From sequence record KT184316.1: a stretch of 64,000 nt of DNA; one strand, written 5' to 3'. A program made the position numbers and the translations under genes. Source of the stretch: Enterobacteria phage XTG1. The notes beneath the pieces were generated by a model. That model was not told the DNA's origin, did not search any database, and saw only the letters and a program-made list of their open reading frames with translations. Every line of letters starts with the position of its first letter. The stretch's first letter is position 1. Below, piece by piece: positions 53,517 to 62,039 of this stretch.

Positions 53517-55661
53517 ATGAACAAAGTACAGATTATTAAAAAGAACGGCTCACTTGAAGAACCTGATATCAAAAAAGTTTTAGCAGCAGTAGCTAAGTCA
53601 GCTAACAGGGTTGGATATAAAGAACTTCCACCAGATGTTACCCAAGCTCTTGAGTCAGCATTTATGAGGATTCTGGTAAAGTCCACTAAGCAGAATAATT
53701 TGCTAATTTCTGTAAATGATATTCACAGTATTGTTGAGGGTGCTTTGGCAGAAGTCAATCACGAGATTTATGAGTCTTACTCAACATATAGAAATTACCG
53801 TAAAGAAGTTGCTCAAAATTGGGATGAGCTTTACCAGAAGACCAAAGAGACACTCTTCTTAGGTGACCGAGAAAACGCTAATTTTGACAGCAGTTTAATT
53901 TCTACAAAAGGTTCAATTATTCGTGGTTATCTGACTAAAGAAATCTTTAAACAGTACCACTTAACACCAGAGGAACTTGAAGCCATTGAAAAAGGGTTTA
54001 TCTATATCCATGATTTAAGAGACCTAATTTTTGGTGGTATCAACTGTTGCCTGTTTGACATTGGTAAAGTCCTGAAAGGTGGCTTTGAAATGTCTGGCAT
54101 CGAATATTGTGAACCGAAGTCTGTACTGTCAGCCTTACAGGTTATTGGTGACGTAGTACTTTCAGCAACTGCACAGCAATTTGGTGGTTTTACTTTAGCA
54201 GAGATTGATAAGGTACTTGTACCGTATGCTAAGAAGTCTCTACGCTATCATGCTGAGAAAGCATCATCTTATGGTATTCCTAAAGAGCATTACCACAATT
54301 ATGTAACGGAGCAGTTACAAATTGAATTAACTCAAGGTTTTCAGTCACTTGAAATGAAACTGAACACTGTACCTTGTAGCCGTGGTGATTTCGCATTCAC
54401 AACTTTAACATTTGGTTTACTTGACTCAGACATGTCTAATGAAGACAACCGGCTACAATACATGATTGCAAACACCATTCTTGATGTTCGCATGAATGGA
54501 CAAGGTAAGAGTAAGAAGCCTGTTGTATTCCCTAAACTGGTTTATATTCATGACCAGAAGAGACACGATGAGAATATCTGTCAAGGCCAACTGTACAGTA
54601 AAGCTATTGAGTGTTGCTCTAAAGCAATGTATCCAGATTTCTTAAGCGTATCTGGTCATGGTGCTGTAGCAGAGGCTTTTGAGCGTTCTGGCAAGGTAAT
54701 TTCACCGATGGGTTGCAGAGCTTTCTTATCCCCATATCTTAACGAGAATGGAGAAGAGTTCTACGTTGGTCGTGCTAACATTGGTGCTGTGTCTTTGAAC
54801 TTACCAATGATTTACCAGTGTTCTAAAGAGAATGGTTTAGATTTCTGGAAAGAGCTTGACAAGTACCTAGATATGATTCGCAGCTTCCACAAGAAACGCT
54901 ACGAAATGATTGCTAATATGCCAGCAAGCTCTAACCCTCTTGCATTCACACAAGGTGGTCTGTACAAAGGGACCAAGAAACCTACTGACAAGGTTGGTTG
55001 GGATATCGTGAAGTCTTTCACAGCTTCTTTTGGGGTTACTGCGCTTGATGAGTTATCTGTTCTTGCTGAAGGTAAACGGCTGCATGAAGTTGGGAGCTAT
55101 AGTTTTGCATACGATGTTCTGGCATACATTAACATGAAAACTGAAGAGTTTAAAAATGAAGATGGCTTCTTATATGCTGTCTATGGTACTCCAGCAGAAT
55201 CACTTTGTGGAACTCAGCTAAAACAGTTCAGAGAAATGTTTGGTGTTATCAAAGGTGTTTCTGACAAGGAATACTTTACAAACAGTTTCCATATGAATGT
55301 TGCAGCAGACATCTCACCATTTGAGAAGCAGGACTTAGAAGAGCCATTCTTCCATATCTGTAGAGGTGGCAGAATCCAGTATGTCAGGGTAGCTAACCCA
55401 GAAAACTTACCAGCACTTAAAAGCTGTATTACCAGAGGGATGTTGAAAGGTTTCTATCAGGGACTTAACTTTGACTTAGCAATCTGTGAGCATTGTGGTA
55501 ACAGACCAAAATCAGATGTTGAAGAGTGTGAAGTTTGTCACTCACATGATATCTCTGTGATTAACAGGGTGTGTGGGTATCTTGGATGGACTAAGATTAA
55601 AGGTGAATCCCGAATGAACGATGCAAAAATCGCTGAGATTCGTGACAGAGTTTCTATGTAA
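53517..55661 (+). CDS. nrdD: Anaerobic ribonucleoside-triphosphate reductase
   Basis: 714 aa; C-terminal zinc site CEHCG...CEVCHS and glycyl-radical motif RVCGYLG. Confidence 0.85.
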   Translation: MNKVQIIKKNGSLEEPDIKKVLAAVAKSANRVGYKELPPDVTQALESAFMRILVKSTKQNNLLISVNDIHSIVEGALAEVNHEIYESYSTYRNYRKEVAQNWDELYQKTKETLFLGDRENANFDSSLISTKGSIIRGYLTKEIFKQYHLTPEELEAIEKGFIYIHDLRDLIFGGINCCLFDIGKVLKGGFEMSGIEYCEPKSVLSALQVIGDVVLSATAQQFGGFTLAEIDKVLVPYAKKSLRYHAEKASSYGIPKEHYHNYVTEQLQIELTQGFQSLEMKLNTVPCSRGDFAFTTLTFGLLDSDMSNEDNRLQYMIANTILDVRMNGQGKSKKPVVFPKLVYIHDQKRHDENICQGQLYSKAIECCSKAMYPDFLSVSGHGAVAEAFERSGKVISPMGCRAFLSPYLNENGEEFYVGRANIGAVSLNLPMIYQCSKENGLDFWKELDKYLDMIRSFHKKRYEMIANMPASSNPLAFTQGGLYKGTKKPTDKVGWDIVKSFTASFGVTALDELSVLAEGKRLHEVGSYSFAYDVLAYINMKTEEFKNEDGFLYAVYGTPAESLCGTQLKQFREMFGVIKGVSDKEYFTNSFHMNVAADISPFEKQDLEEPFFHICRGGRIQYVRVANPENLPALKSCITRGMLKGFYQGLNFDLAICEHCGNRPKSDVEECEVCHSHDISVINRVCGYLGWTKIKGESRMNDAKIAEIRDRVSM

Positions 55662-55671
55662 AACTTGACAT

Positions 55672-55710
55672 GGTGGTGTGAGTCTTGATAGGCTTACATC
55701 ACCTTTTTTT
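55672..55710 (+). terminator. Imperfect hairpin plus T-run after nrdD
   Basis: ggtggtgtgag...cttacatcacc followed by ttttttt. Confidence 0.35.
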
Positions 55711-55816
55711 ATTGGATGTTAGATATGGCAGAGAACATCATTGGCCTATTCATAGGTTCTGTCTTACTAGGGTTCTTTTTAGGACTCTCTTATTGTGAAT
55801 TAAGAGGCAAGTTAAA

Positions 55817-56017
55817 ATGTTTAAAATATCAAAATCGTTGATATACATTCTCCACATTCTAATCTTCTTCTTTGGGGTTAGTGTTATGGTATGGGGTTTT
55901 TCAGACCCACAGTGGAGTTTATCATATCATGGTCAGATGGATTTATGGTCATGCTTCAAACCATTTTTAGGGTTAGCCATAGCATTCAGTGTATTGCCAA
56001 CTAAGGTGAAATTATGA
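55817..56017 (+). CDS. Small membrane protein (66 aa)
   Basis: Hydrophobic segments. Confidence 0.4.
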   Translation: MFKISKSLIYILHILIFFFGVSVMVWGFSDPQWSLSYHGQMDLWSCFKPFLGLAIAFSVLPTKVKL

Positions 56018-56409
56018 TTAAGTTGAACAAAAAACAGTTAGAGTGGATTAAAGATTATGCCTCAGAGTGCGGCTCTTGCGAAAAGAATCACGTAAGATAT
56101 TCAACATTCCATGCGACCTTCACATTGTACATCAGCGACAACGTTCTAAGTGATTCCGTAGAAGATGGTGTAGCGTTACCTAATGAATTACTTGACAAAT
56201 TAGCTGTAGTTACTGGAACGTGGAGTGAAGAAGATGGTCACGAACTATCTGACAATGTTGTCTTCTACAGTCTTGAAAATATTATGAATCCAGAGTACAT
56301 TATGTTAATGACTTGTGCACAAGACTGTGTGCCATTACAAAACTTCATTAAAGAGCACTGTGAAGAATTTATTACTAAACAGGTTCCTTGTCAGGTGGTG
56401 TTTGAATGA
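56014..56409 (+). CDS. Hypothetical protein (131 aa)
   Basis: Coupled ORF. Confidence 0.45.
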   Translation: MIKLNKKQLEWIKDYASECGSCEKNHVRYSTFHATFTLYISDNVLSDSVEDGVALPNELLDKLAVVTGTWSEEDGHELSDNVVFYSLENIMNPEYIMLMTCAQDCVPLQNFIKEHCEEFITKQVPCQVVFE

Positions 56410-56705
56410 GTAAAACAATTCGAAGAAAAGGTTTAAAGAACGTTCACGGACTCTATGAGTGGAGAAATGAGGTACGTAACAGAGAAAATGCTTCAGATGT
56501 CTACTTCCATTCTGATATGATGTCCAGAAAAGGTGGCTCTTACGACTTCACAAGCCAGCCTTGTAGAGAGATTAAGAAGGCTACTAAACGTCTTACAAGA
56601 ACACAAATAAGGCAGCTTTCTAAGACATCCTTCTTAGATGAAGACTTTGACATTGACAGTAAGTCTCCGAAGAAAGCTGCTAAGAACACTTATATGTATT
56701 GGTGA
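56406..56705 (+). CDS. Hypothetical protein (99 aa)
   Basis: Coupled ORF. Confidence 0.45.
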   Translation: MSKTIRRKGLKNVHGLYEWRNEVRNRENASDVYFHSDMMSRKGGSYDFTSQPCREIKKATKRLTRTQIRQLSKTSFLDEDFDIDSKSPKKAAKNTYMYW

Positions 56706-56714
56706 GGTAACTAG

Positions 56715-57200
56715 ATGAATTACATGGAGATTCGACCATTTGACACAGCTAATGGTGAAGGGGTTCGTGTAAGCCTCTTCGTAGCTGGTTGTAAGCATCA
56801 CTGTGAAGGCTGCTTTAACAGGGAGTCTTGGAAGTTTAATGCTGGTAAAGAGTTTACTTATGCAAACCTCTACGGTATCATTAAGTTAATGGATGATAAT
56901 GCCATCAGTGGGCTGTCAATACTTGGTGGAGAACCTCTGGATGATAGAAACATTCAAGAGGTTACCAACATATGCAAACGTATTAAAACCGTTTACCCAG
57001 AAAAATCTATCTGGCTCTGGACAGGTTTTCAGTTACATGAAAAAATTCACCTTGATGTGATGAAATATGTTGACGTGGTGATTGATGGTAAGTATGATTC
57101 ATCTAAACCAACAGTTAAACCATATCGTGGTTCTGATAACCAAAACCTCTGGAGAAAAGAGTATGGATGGCAAGGCGATTGTCAATGGAGAGCCGAGTAA
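56715..57200 (+). CDS. nrdG: Anaerobic ribonucleotide reductase activating protein (radical SAM)
   Basis: CKHHCEGC radical-SAM cysteine cluster near N-terminus; 161 aa; downstream of nrdD. Confidence 0.8.
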   Translation: MNYMEIRPFDTANGEGVRVSLFVAGCKHHCEGCFNRESWKFNAGKEFTYANLYGIIKLMDDNAISGLSILGGEPLDDRNIQEVTNICKRIKTVYPEKSIWLWTGFQLHEKIHLDVMKYVDVVIDGKYDSSKPTVKPYRGSDNQNLWRKEYGWQGDCQWRAE

Positions 57201-57324
57201 GTCTCGTCGTAAAGTAGGTTATCGGTAAAGGGCACTTTACAATGTTCTACAGAACAAACTTAACCGTTTGTGTCACTGAAAAAGAACTTAAAACATTTTG
57301 TGAAAAGATTGAGAGAGATATGAA

Positions 57325-57582
57325 ATGGGACTCTGGAATAGTTTTAAATCAAAAGTAAAAGCAGCACTAGCTTCATTAGGTATGCTCACTGGTGTTGATG
57401 TGACTCACCTTATGCAGAACTTCAATATGGATGAGAAGCTGGCTAATGAGATTATGAAAAGTATCTATGTAGGCCGTGGTAAAGGTGGTAAGAAACAAGC
57501 CCACCGTCCGTCTGGTGCAGCAGCTATTAAACGAGCAGCTAAGAAAGCTCGTAACCGTAAACGTAATAAGAAGGCTAAATAA
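57325..57582 (+). CDS. Hypothetical protein with basic C-terminus (85 aa)
   Basis: Intact ORF; C-terminal K/R-rich tail. Confidence 0.4.
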   Translation: MGLWNSFKSKVKAALASLGMLTGVDVTHLMQNFNMDEKLANEIMKSIYVGRGKGGKKQAHRPSGAAAIKRAAKKARNRKRNKKAK

Positions 57583-57584
57583 TC

Positions 57585-57905
57585 ATGAGCAAAGTTTATA
57601 ACACTCGCAAATTACAGATTTTCGTACTGTGCCAGTTTATGGCTAAAGAATATAACTTCTACTATTGCGGCACAGGTTTTATTAGCGACGATGATGGTTC
57701 ATACCTACCATTTAAAGAAGCTGTGAAGCTCTTTAATGAAGAGAAAAGCTCTAAGAAAGATATTGAAAAGGTTAAGCTAACCTACAGCAAGAAAGATAAG
57801 AAGATTATCTGCCTAGATAACTTTGTGAAAGTTACTGGAGAAGCAAAAGAGTTTATGGATGAGAGTGAGATTTCATTCACAAGCATCTTGAAAGTAGCTC
57901 AGTAA
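57585..57905 (+). CDS. Hypothetical protein (106 aa)
   Basis: Coupled ORF. Confidence 0.45.
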   Translation: MSKVYNTRKLQIFVLCQFMAKEYNFYYCGTGFISDDDGSYLPFKEAVKLFNEEKSSKKDIEKVKLTYSKKDKKIICLDNFVKVTGEAKEFMDESEISFTSILKVAQ

Positions 57906-57956
57906 ACAGATACTATAAGGGGACTGTAAAGGTTCCCTTTTTATTTTGGAGGTAAA

Positions 57957-58472
57957 ATGTATCTGTCAAACCTGAAACGTTCGGTTGCAATGTCAGTTCT
58001 AAGACTCAGCTTTGATGAGCGTCAAGAGTTTATAGACTCCCACAAATATGACCCTTCAAATTCTAATCACATGGTTCTTTGGAATCGTGATAACTTCCGT
58101 GAAAGAGCACTTGTCCGTTATTACCCACACTACACAATAGATAACCTGTATGAATGGTGTGTTGTGAAGAACACCATTGCAACACTGAACAATCTTTGCA
58201 GGTATACGGGTAAGCAAACATTTACATTAGGTCATCACAAACCTGTTACAAAAGGTGGTGAACATCACTGTGCAAACTGGTTTATCCAAACTAAAACTGA
58301 TAACCAGAAGCAAGGAGATAGCCTCCTAAGTATCCCTAAGATGACCTATGAAGAGCAAGAGAAATATATCAAAAATAATATGCCAGATGTGCTTGACAAC
58401 AACTATACAGATTTGGCAATATATCTCCTGTTGAAGTTCGAGACAGTTTATAGGGCAACTTATAATGGCTAG
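57957..58472 (+). CDS. HNH-like nuclease domain protein
   Basis: LGHHKPVTKGGEHHCANWFIQTKTDNQKQG resembles an HNH core; weak. Confidence 0.4.
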   Translation: MYLSNLKRSVAMSVLRLSFDERQEFIDSHKYDPSNSNHMVLWNRDNFRERALVRYYPHYTIDNLYEWCVVKNTIATLNNLCRYTGKQTFTLGHHKPVTKGGEHHCANWFIQTKTDNQKQGDSLLSIPKMTYEEQEKYIKNNMPDVLDNNYTDLAIYLLLKFETVYRATYNG

Positions 58473-58743
58473 AGAAAAGTGGGAGATTTTACCATTAGTC
58501 AGTGAAGGAGGTAATGGTTGTGAAATGTACATGATACGTGGTCATGTTCCAGAGCCAATTGCACTTGAGATGGTAAACAACTTTACAGATGGTTCTTACA
58601 AAGACTTAGGCGAACCAACTGTCAAGCAACAATGGGTTAAACCTGTACCAGACAGCACAGGTAACTGTAGTGTACTTTATCACGTTGTAGACCCTGCAAA
58701 ATGCAAATCTGCAATGGCAGTAACAAACGTAACTTTTGATTGA
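58465..58743 (+). CDS. Hypothetical protein (92 aa)
   Basis: Coupled ORF directly upstream of Prs-like gene. Confidence 0.45.
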   Translation: MAREKWEILPLVSEGGNGCEMYMIRGHVPEPIALEMVNNFTDGSYKDLGEPTVKQQWVKPVPDSTGNCSVLYHVVDPAKCKSAMAVTNVTFD

Positions 58744-58754
58744 GAGAGAAAACT

Positions 58755-59636
58755 ATGAAAACATCTATCCGTGTTACAGTTCATTCACCAACTAAAGGAA
58801 CTCATGAAGAAGAGTTTAACATCATCCAATTTCCTTCTGGTGAGATTGGTGGACACTTTTCGCCAGAGTTTGTTGATTTCACTGCTTATGCAGCATCATC
58901 CATCAACAATGTGATTATGATTGTAAAAGGTTATGATAAGGATACATTGTTTGCTGTGGCACTTGCTAAAGAAGCAATTGATGATTTAATTCCTCATGAT
59001 TATGCTTTAAAGACTGTCATCTTTTACTACTTACCAAATGCACGTTATGACCGTCACATGTTTAAAGGCGACGCAGCAGCTTTAAAGGTTTTTGCTAAAC
59101 AGATTAATGCAATGGGGTTTGGCGCAGTCTGTGCAGTTGACCCTCACAGCTATGTACCAGATAACCTGTTTAACTGCTTCCAGAGTATTCCTCAAAAGGA
59201 GATTGCAGTCCACTATGCAAATGACCCTCTAATTGATTACTTAGTAGCCCCAGATGCAGGTGCTTCTAAGAAGATTGCAGAGACTGCTAAAGAGGTGGAT
59301 AAACCATATATCACAATGTCTAAGGTGCGAAATCTTAAGACTGGAGAAATCACTGGTATGCGAATCCTTGACGATGTTGATTTGACAGATAAAACTGTCA
59401 TGATTCTGGATGATATTTGTGATGGAGGTCGAACCTTCATAGAAGCAGCTAAACATCTTCGTGAAGCAGGTGCAAAACGTGTTGAGCTTTATGTAACACA
59501 TGGTATCTTCTCTAAAGGTGTTGAAAACCTTCTTGACAATGGTATCGACCATATTTACACTACAAACTCTTTAGGCGAAGCTAAAGACCGTGGCTTAACA
59601 CATTATGGTCAAGTTACTGTAGCAAACCTTGATTGA
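58755..59636 (+). CDS. Ribose-phosphate pyrophosphokinase (PRPP synthetase) family protein; candidate ADP-ribose pyrophosphokinase of an NAD+ reconstitution module
   Basis: Prs-family blocks FPSGEI, NARYDRH, VDPHS, VAPDAGA, VMILDDICDGGRT ... AKRVELYVTHGIFS; start set at ATG 58755 with RBS gagagag. Confidence 0.7.
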   Translation: MKTSIRVTVHSPTKGTHEEEFNIIQFPSGEIGGHFSPEFVDFTAYAASSINNVIMIVKGYDKDTLFAVALAKEAIDDLIPHDYALKTVIFYYLPNARYDRHMFKGDAAALKVFAKQINAMGFGAVCAVDPHSYVPDNLFNCFQSIPQKEIAVHYANDPLIDYLVAPDAGASKKIAETAKEVDKPYITMSKVRNLKTGEITGMRILDDVDLTDKTVMILDDICDGGRTFIEAAKHLREAGAKRVELYVTHGIFSKGVENLLDNGIDHIYTTNSLGEAKDRGLTHYGQVTVANLD

Positions 59637-59645
59637 AAGTTTATA

Positions 59646-59667
59646 GGGGCTTGAAAGCCCCATTTTG
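59646..59667 (+). terminator. Hairpin between Prs-like and NAMPT-like genes
   Basis: ggggct-tgaa-agcccc followed by attttg. Confidence 0.4.
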
Positions 59668-59681
59668 AGAGAGATTAAAAG

Positions 59682-61463
59682 ATGACTAAATCACTTTATG
59701 CAGTACCAGCAGGTTTAAACGCAGATGCTTACAAATCTGGTCATGTTTACCAGTACCCTAGTGCAACAGAATATTTGATGTTCAACCTGACACCACGTAG
59801 CGACAAATGGTTTAACAGTCCATTAGCAATTGATGGTGTAGTCGCTTTTGGTATTCAACGTTTTGTTAAAGATTACTTGATAGACCACTGGAACGCTACG
59901 TTCTTTGAACGTGACAAAAAAGAAGCAATTGACGAAATCTTAGAAGTCATGAATGGTGTTCTGGGCAAAGATGCTATCGGTCGAGAGCATTGGGAAGCAC
60001 TCCACGATTTAGGTTATCTACCAGTTGAAGTATATGCTGTAGAAGAAGGTACAGTTGTCCCGATGCGTGTCCCAATGATTGTCTTCCAGAACACTGTTTC
60101 AGGCTTCCATTGGGTAGCAGGTTATCTGGAAGATGCTTTCTCTGCTGAGATTTGGAAGGCTTGCACCATTGCGACTATTGCATTGCACTACAAACGCATC
60201 TGTAAGAAGTGGGCTGACCTTACTTGTGACAATGACTTACATTTACCTTATCAGTGCCATGATTTTGCTATGCGTGGTATGTCCGGCTTTACTGATGACG
60301 CATTTAACGCTGTAGGTCACTTAACCAGCTTTAAAGGGACTGATAGCTTCCCTGCTGTATACACGGCTAAACGAATCTATGGACAGTCCTACCCAATCTC
60401 TGATATTGGTAGTTCTGTACCAGCCACTGAGCACTCTGTAATGTGTGCAAACATTGCTTGGGAAGGTGGTAATGAGTTGATTGAAGAAGAAAGACGCTTT
60501 AAAGGTGAGTTACAAACCTTCCGTCGTTTCTTAACAGAAACTTACCCAACAGGTATTGCAAGCATTGTTTCAGATACTTATAACTTCTGGAGAACTGTGT
60601 CAGAAATCTTACCAGCACTTCGTAAAGAAATTATGGAACGTGATGGCAAACTGGTAATTCGCCCTGACTCTGGAGACCCTGTACATATTGTCACAGGTTA
60701 TAAAGCAATCCACTTAGAATGTGCTAAGAAGGCTTATTACGAGCACCTAAGCAAGCTGGAAGCCAGTGACACAATGTTGAATGCTGTTCTGAACATGAAG
60801 CTTGAGAACATCAACTATGGTATTGCTGGATGGCTACTGTCAGAAGGCTACGAGATGGTTGTTGACAGAGAAGACTTTGAAGTTGCTGATACAGTGATGT
60901 TGAAAAATGCTTATATGGTTGGTTCTGCAAACGTTGTAACACGTCCTGTAGCTGAGATTGATGGAGCTATTAAGACACTGTACAACATCTTTGGGGGAAC
61001 TATTAACTCTAAAGGTTTTAAAGTACTGGATGAGCATATTGGACTTATTTATGGCGACTCTATCACGTTGGAACGTGCAAATGAAATACTGAAGCGTTTG
61101 TATGAAATGGGTTTTGCAAGCTCTAACGTAGTGTTTGGTGTAGGTTCTTACACTTACCAGTACATGACTCGTGACACCTTTGCATTTGCTGTCAAAGCAA
61201 CTCTTGCAAGCATTGGTGGTAAAGAGATTATGCTTGCAAAAGACCCTAAAACAGATAGTGGTGTTAAGAAGTCTGCTTTTGGTGGTGTAGCACCTATGTG
61301 GGATGGTGAAAATCTGAAAGCTGTAGATGGCTATGGGTTCCAGAGCTTTGCAGATGCACTTGAACATCCAGCTTGTGCTTTACGTCTAGTCTTTAGCGAC
61401 TCTGAGCAGTTCGGCTACACAACTCTTGGTGATATTCGAAATAATATTGACAAGCAGCTTTAA
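59682..61463 (+). CDS. Nicotinamide phosphoribosyltransferase (NAMPT) family protein; candidate nicotinamide ADP-ribose transferase
   Basis: N-terminal NADAYKSGHVYQYP matches the NAMPT TDSYK..H..QYP signature; 593 aa; RBS gagag; directly downstream of Prs-like gene. Confidence 0.75.
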   Translation: MTKSLYAVPAGLNADAYKSGHVYQYPSATEYLMFNLTPRSDKWFNSPLAIDGVVAFGIQRFVKDYLIDHWNATFFERDKKEAIDEILEVMNGVLGKDAIGREHWEALHDLGYLPVEVYAVEEGTVVPMRVPMIVFQNTVSGFHWVAGYLEDAFSAEIWKACTIATIALHYKRICKKWADLTCDNDLHLPYQCHDFAMRGMSGFTDDAFNAVGHLTSFKGTDSFPAVYTAKRIYGQSYPISDIGSSVPATEHSVMCANIAWEGGNELIEEERRFKGELQTFRRFLTETYPTGIASIVSDTYNFWRTVSEILPALRKEIMERDGKLVIRPDSGDPVHIVTGYKAIHLECAKKAYYEHLSKLEASDTMLNAVLNMKLENINYGIAGWLLSEGYEMVVDREDFEVADTVMLKNAYMVGSANVVTRPVAEIDGAIKTLYNIFGGTINSKGFKVLDEHIGLIYGDSITLERANEILKRLYEMGFASSNVVFGVGSYTYQYMTRDTFAFAVKATLASIGGKEIMLAKDPKTDSGVKKSAFGGVAPMWDGENLKAVDGYGFQSFADALEHPACALRLVFSDSEQFGYTTLGDIRNNIDKQL

Positions 61464-61477
61464 AAGTATATGATAAG

Positions 61478-61499
61478 AGGCTCCTACGGGAGCCTTTTT
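61478..61499 (+). terminator. Rho-independent terminator (UACG tetraloop) closing the Prs-like/NAMPT-like pair
   Basis: aggctcc-tacg-ggagcc followed by ttttt. Confidence 0.65.
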
Positions 61500-61516
61500 A
61501 ATTTCTGGAGAAGATT

Positions 61517-61852
61517 ATGAAAATCAAAGAGATGAACATCAACATCGTCTTAGAGGAACGTTGGGAGAACATCAAGAAACCTGAAAATGGTCATAAGTTC
61601 CTTAACAAAATTTTAGTAGCAGCTAAAGAAGAACTGACTGGTAAGATTGCAGCAGCAATCACAATAAAGGTCTGTGTAAAAGGTCTTCCAGACAATCACC
61701 AATTTGCACTTGACGAGTTTAAAGAAAGCTTCTACAATCCAAATAAACAGATGCTTGAAAGTAACTTTGCAGTATCTACAAGTATCGTTCATGACAGAAG
61801 CTTTATCCTTTACAAAAACATGAGAGGTGAGTCATGCAAGCATATTGGATAG
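61517..61852 (+). CDS. Hypothetical protein (111 aa)
   Basis: Intact ORF. Confidence 0.45.
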   Translation: MKIKEMNINIVLEERWENIKKPENGHKFLNKILVAAKEELTGKIAAAITIKVCVKGLPDNHQFALDEFKESFYNPNKQMLESNFAVSTSIVHDRSFILYKNMRGESCKHIG

Positions 61853-62010
61853 AAATTTTACTGTCACTTGGTAGTGTAGCAATATTTGTTTGCCTTCTTT
61901 GTAAGTACTTTGCAGAACACAAAAAGTGTGACTACTGTAACGGAGAAGGGTATACAAGAGCAGGTTGTTGCCCTATTTGTGGTGGTTCTGGTAAAATGTT
62001 TAATAAGTAA
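61834..62010 (+). CDS. Small membrane protein with C-terminal CxxC..CxxC (58 aa)
   Basis: ATG 61834; hydrophobic N-terminus and CDYCNGEG...CCPICGGSG; below the ORF-track length cutoff. Confidence 0.35.
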   Translation: MQAYWIEILLSLGSVAIFVCLLCKYFAEHKKCDYCNGEGYTRAGCCPICGGSGKMFNK

Positions 62011-62039
62011 TTTAACAGTAAACTAAGAGGAAAGTATTA

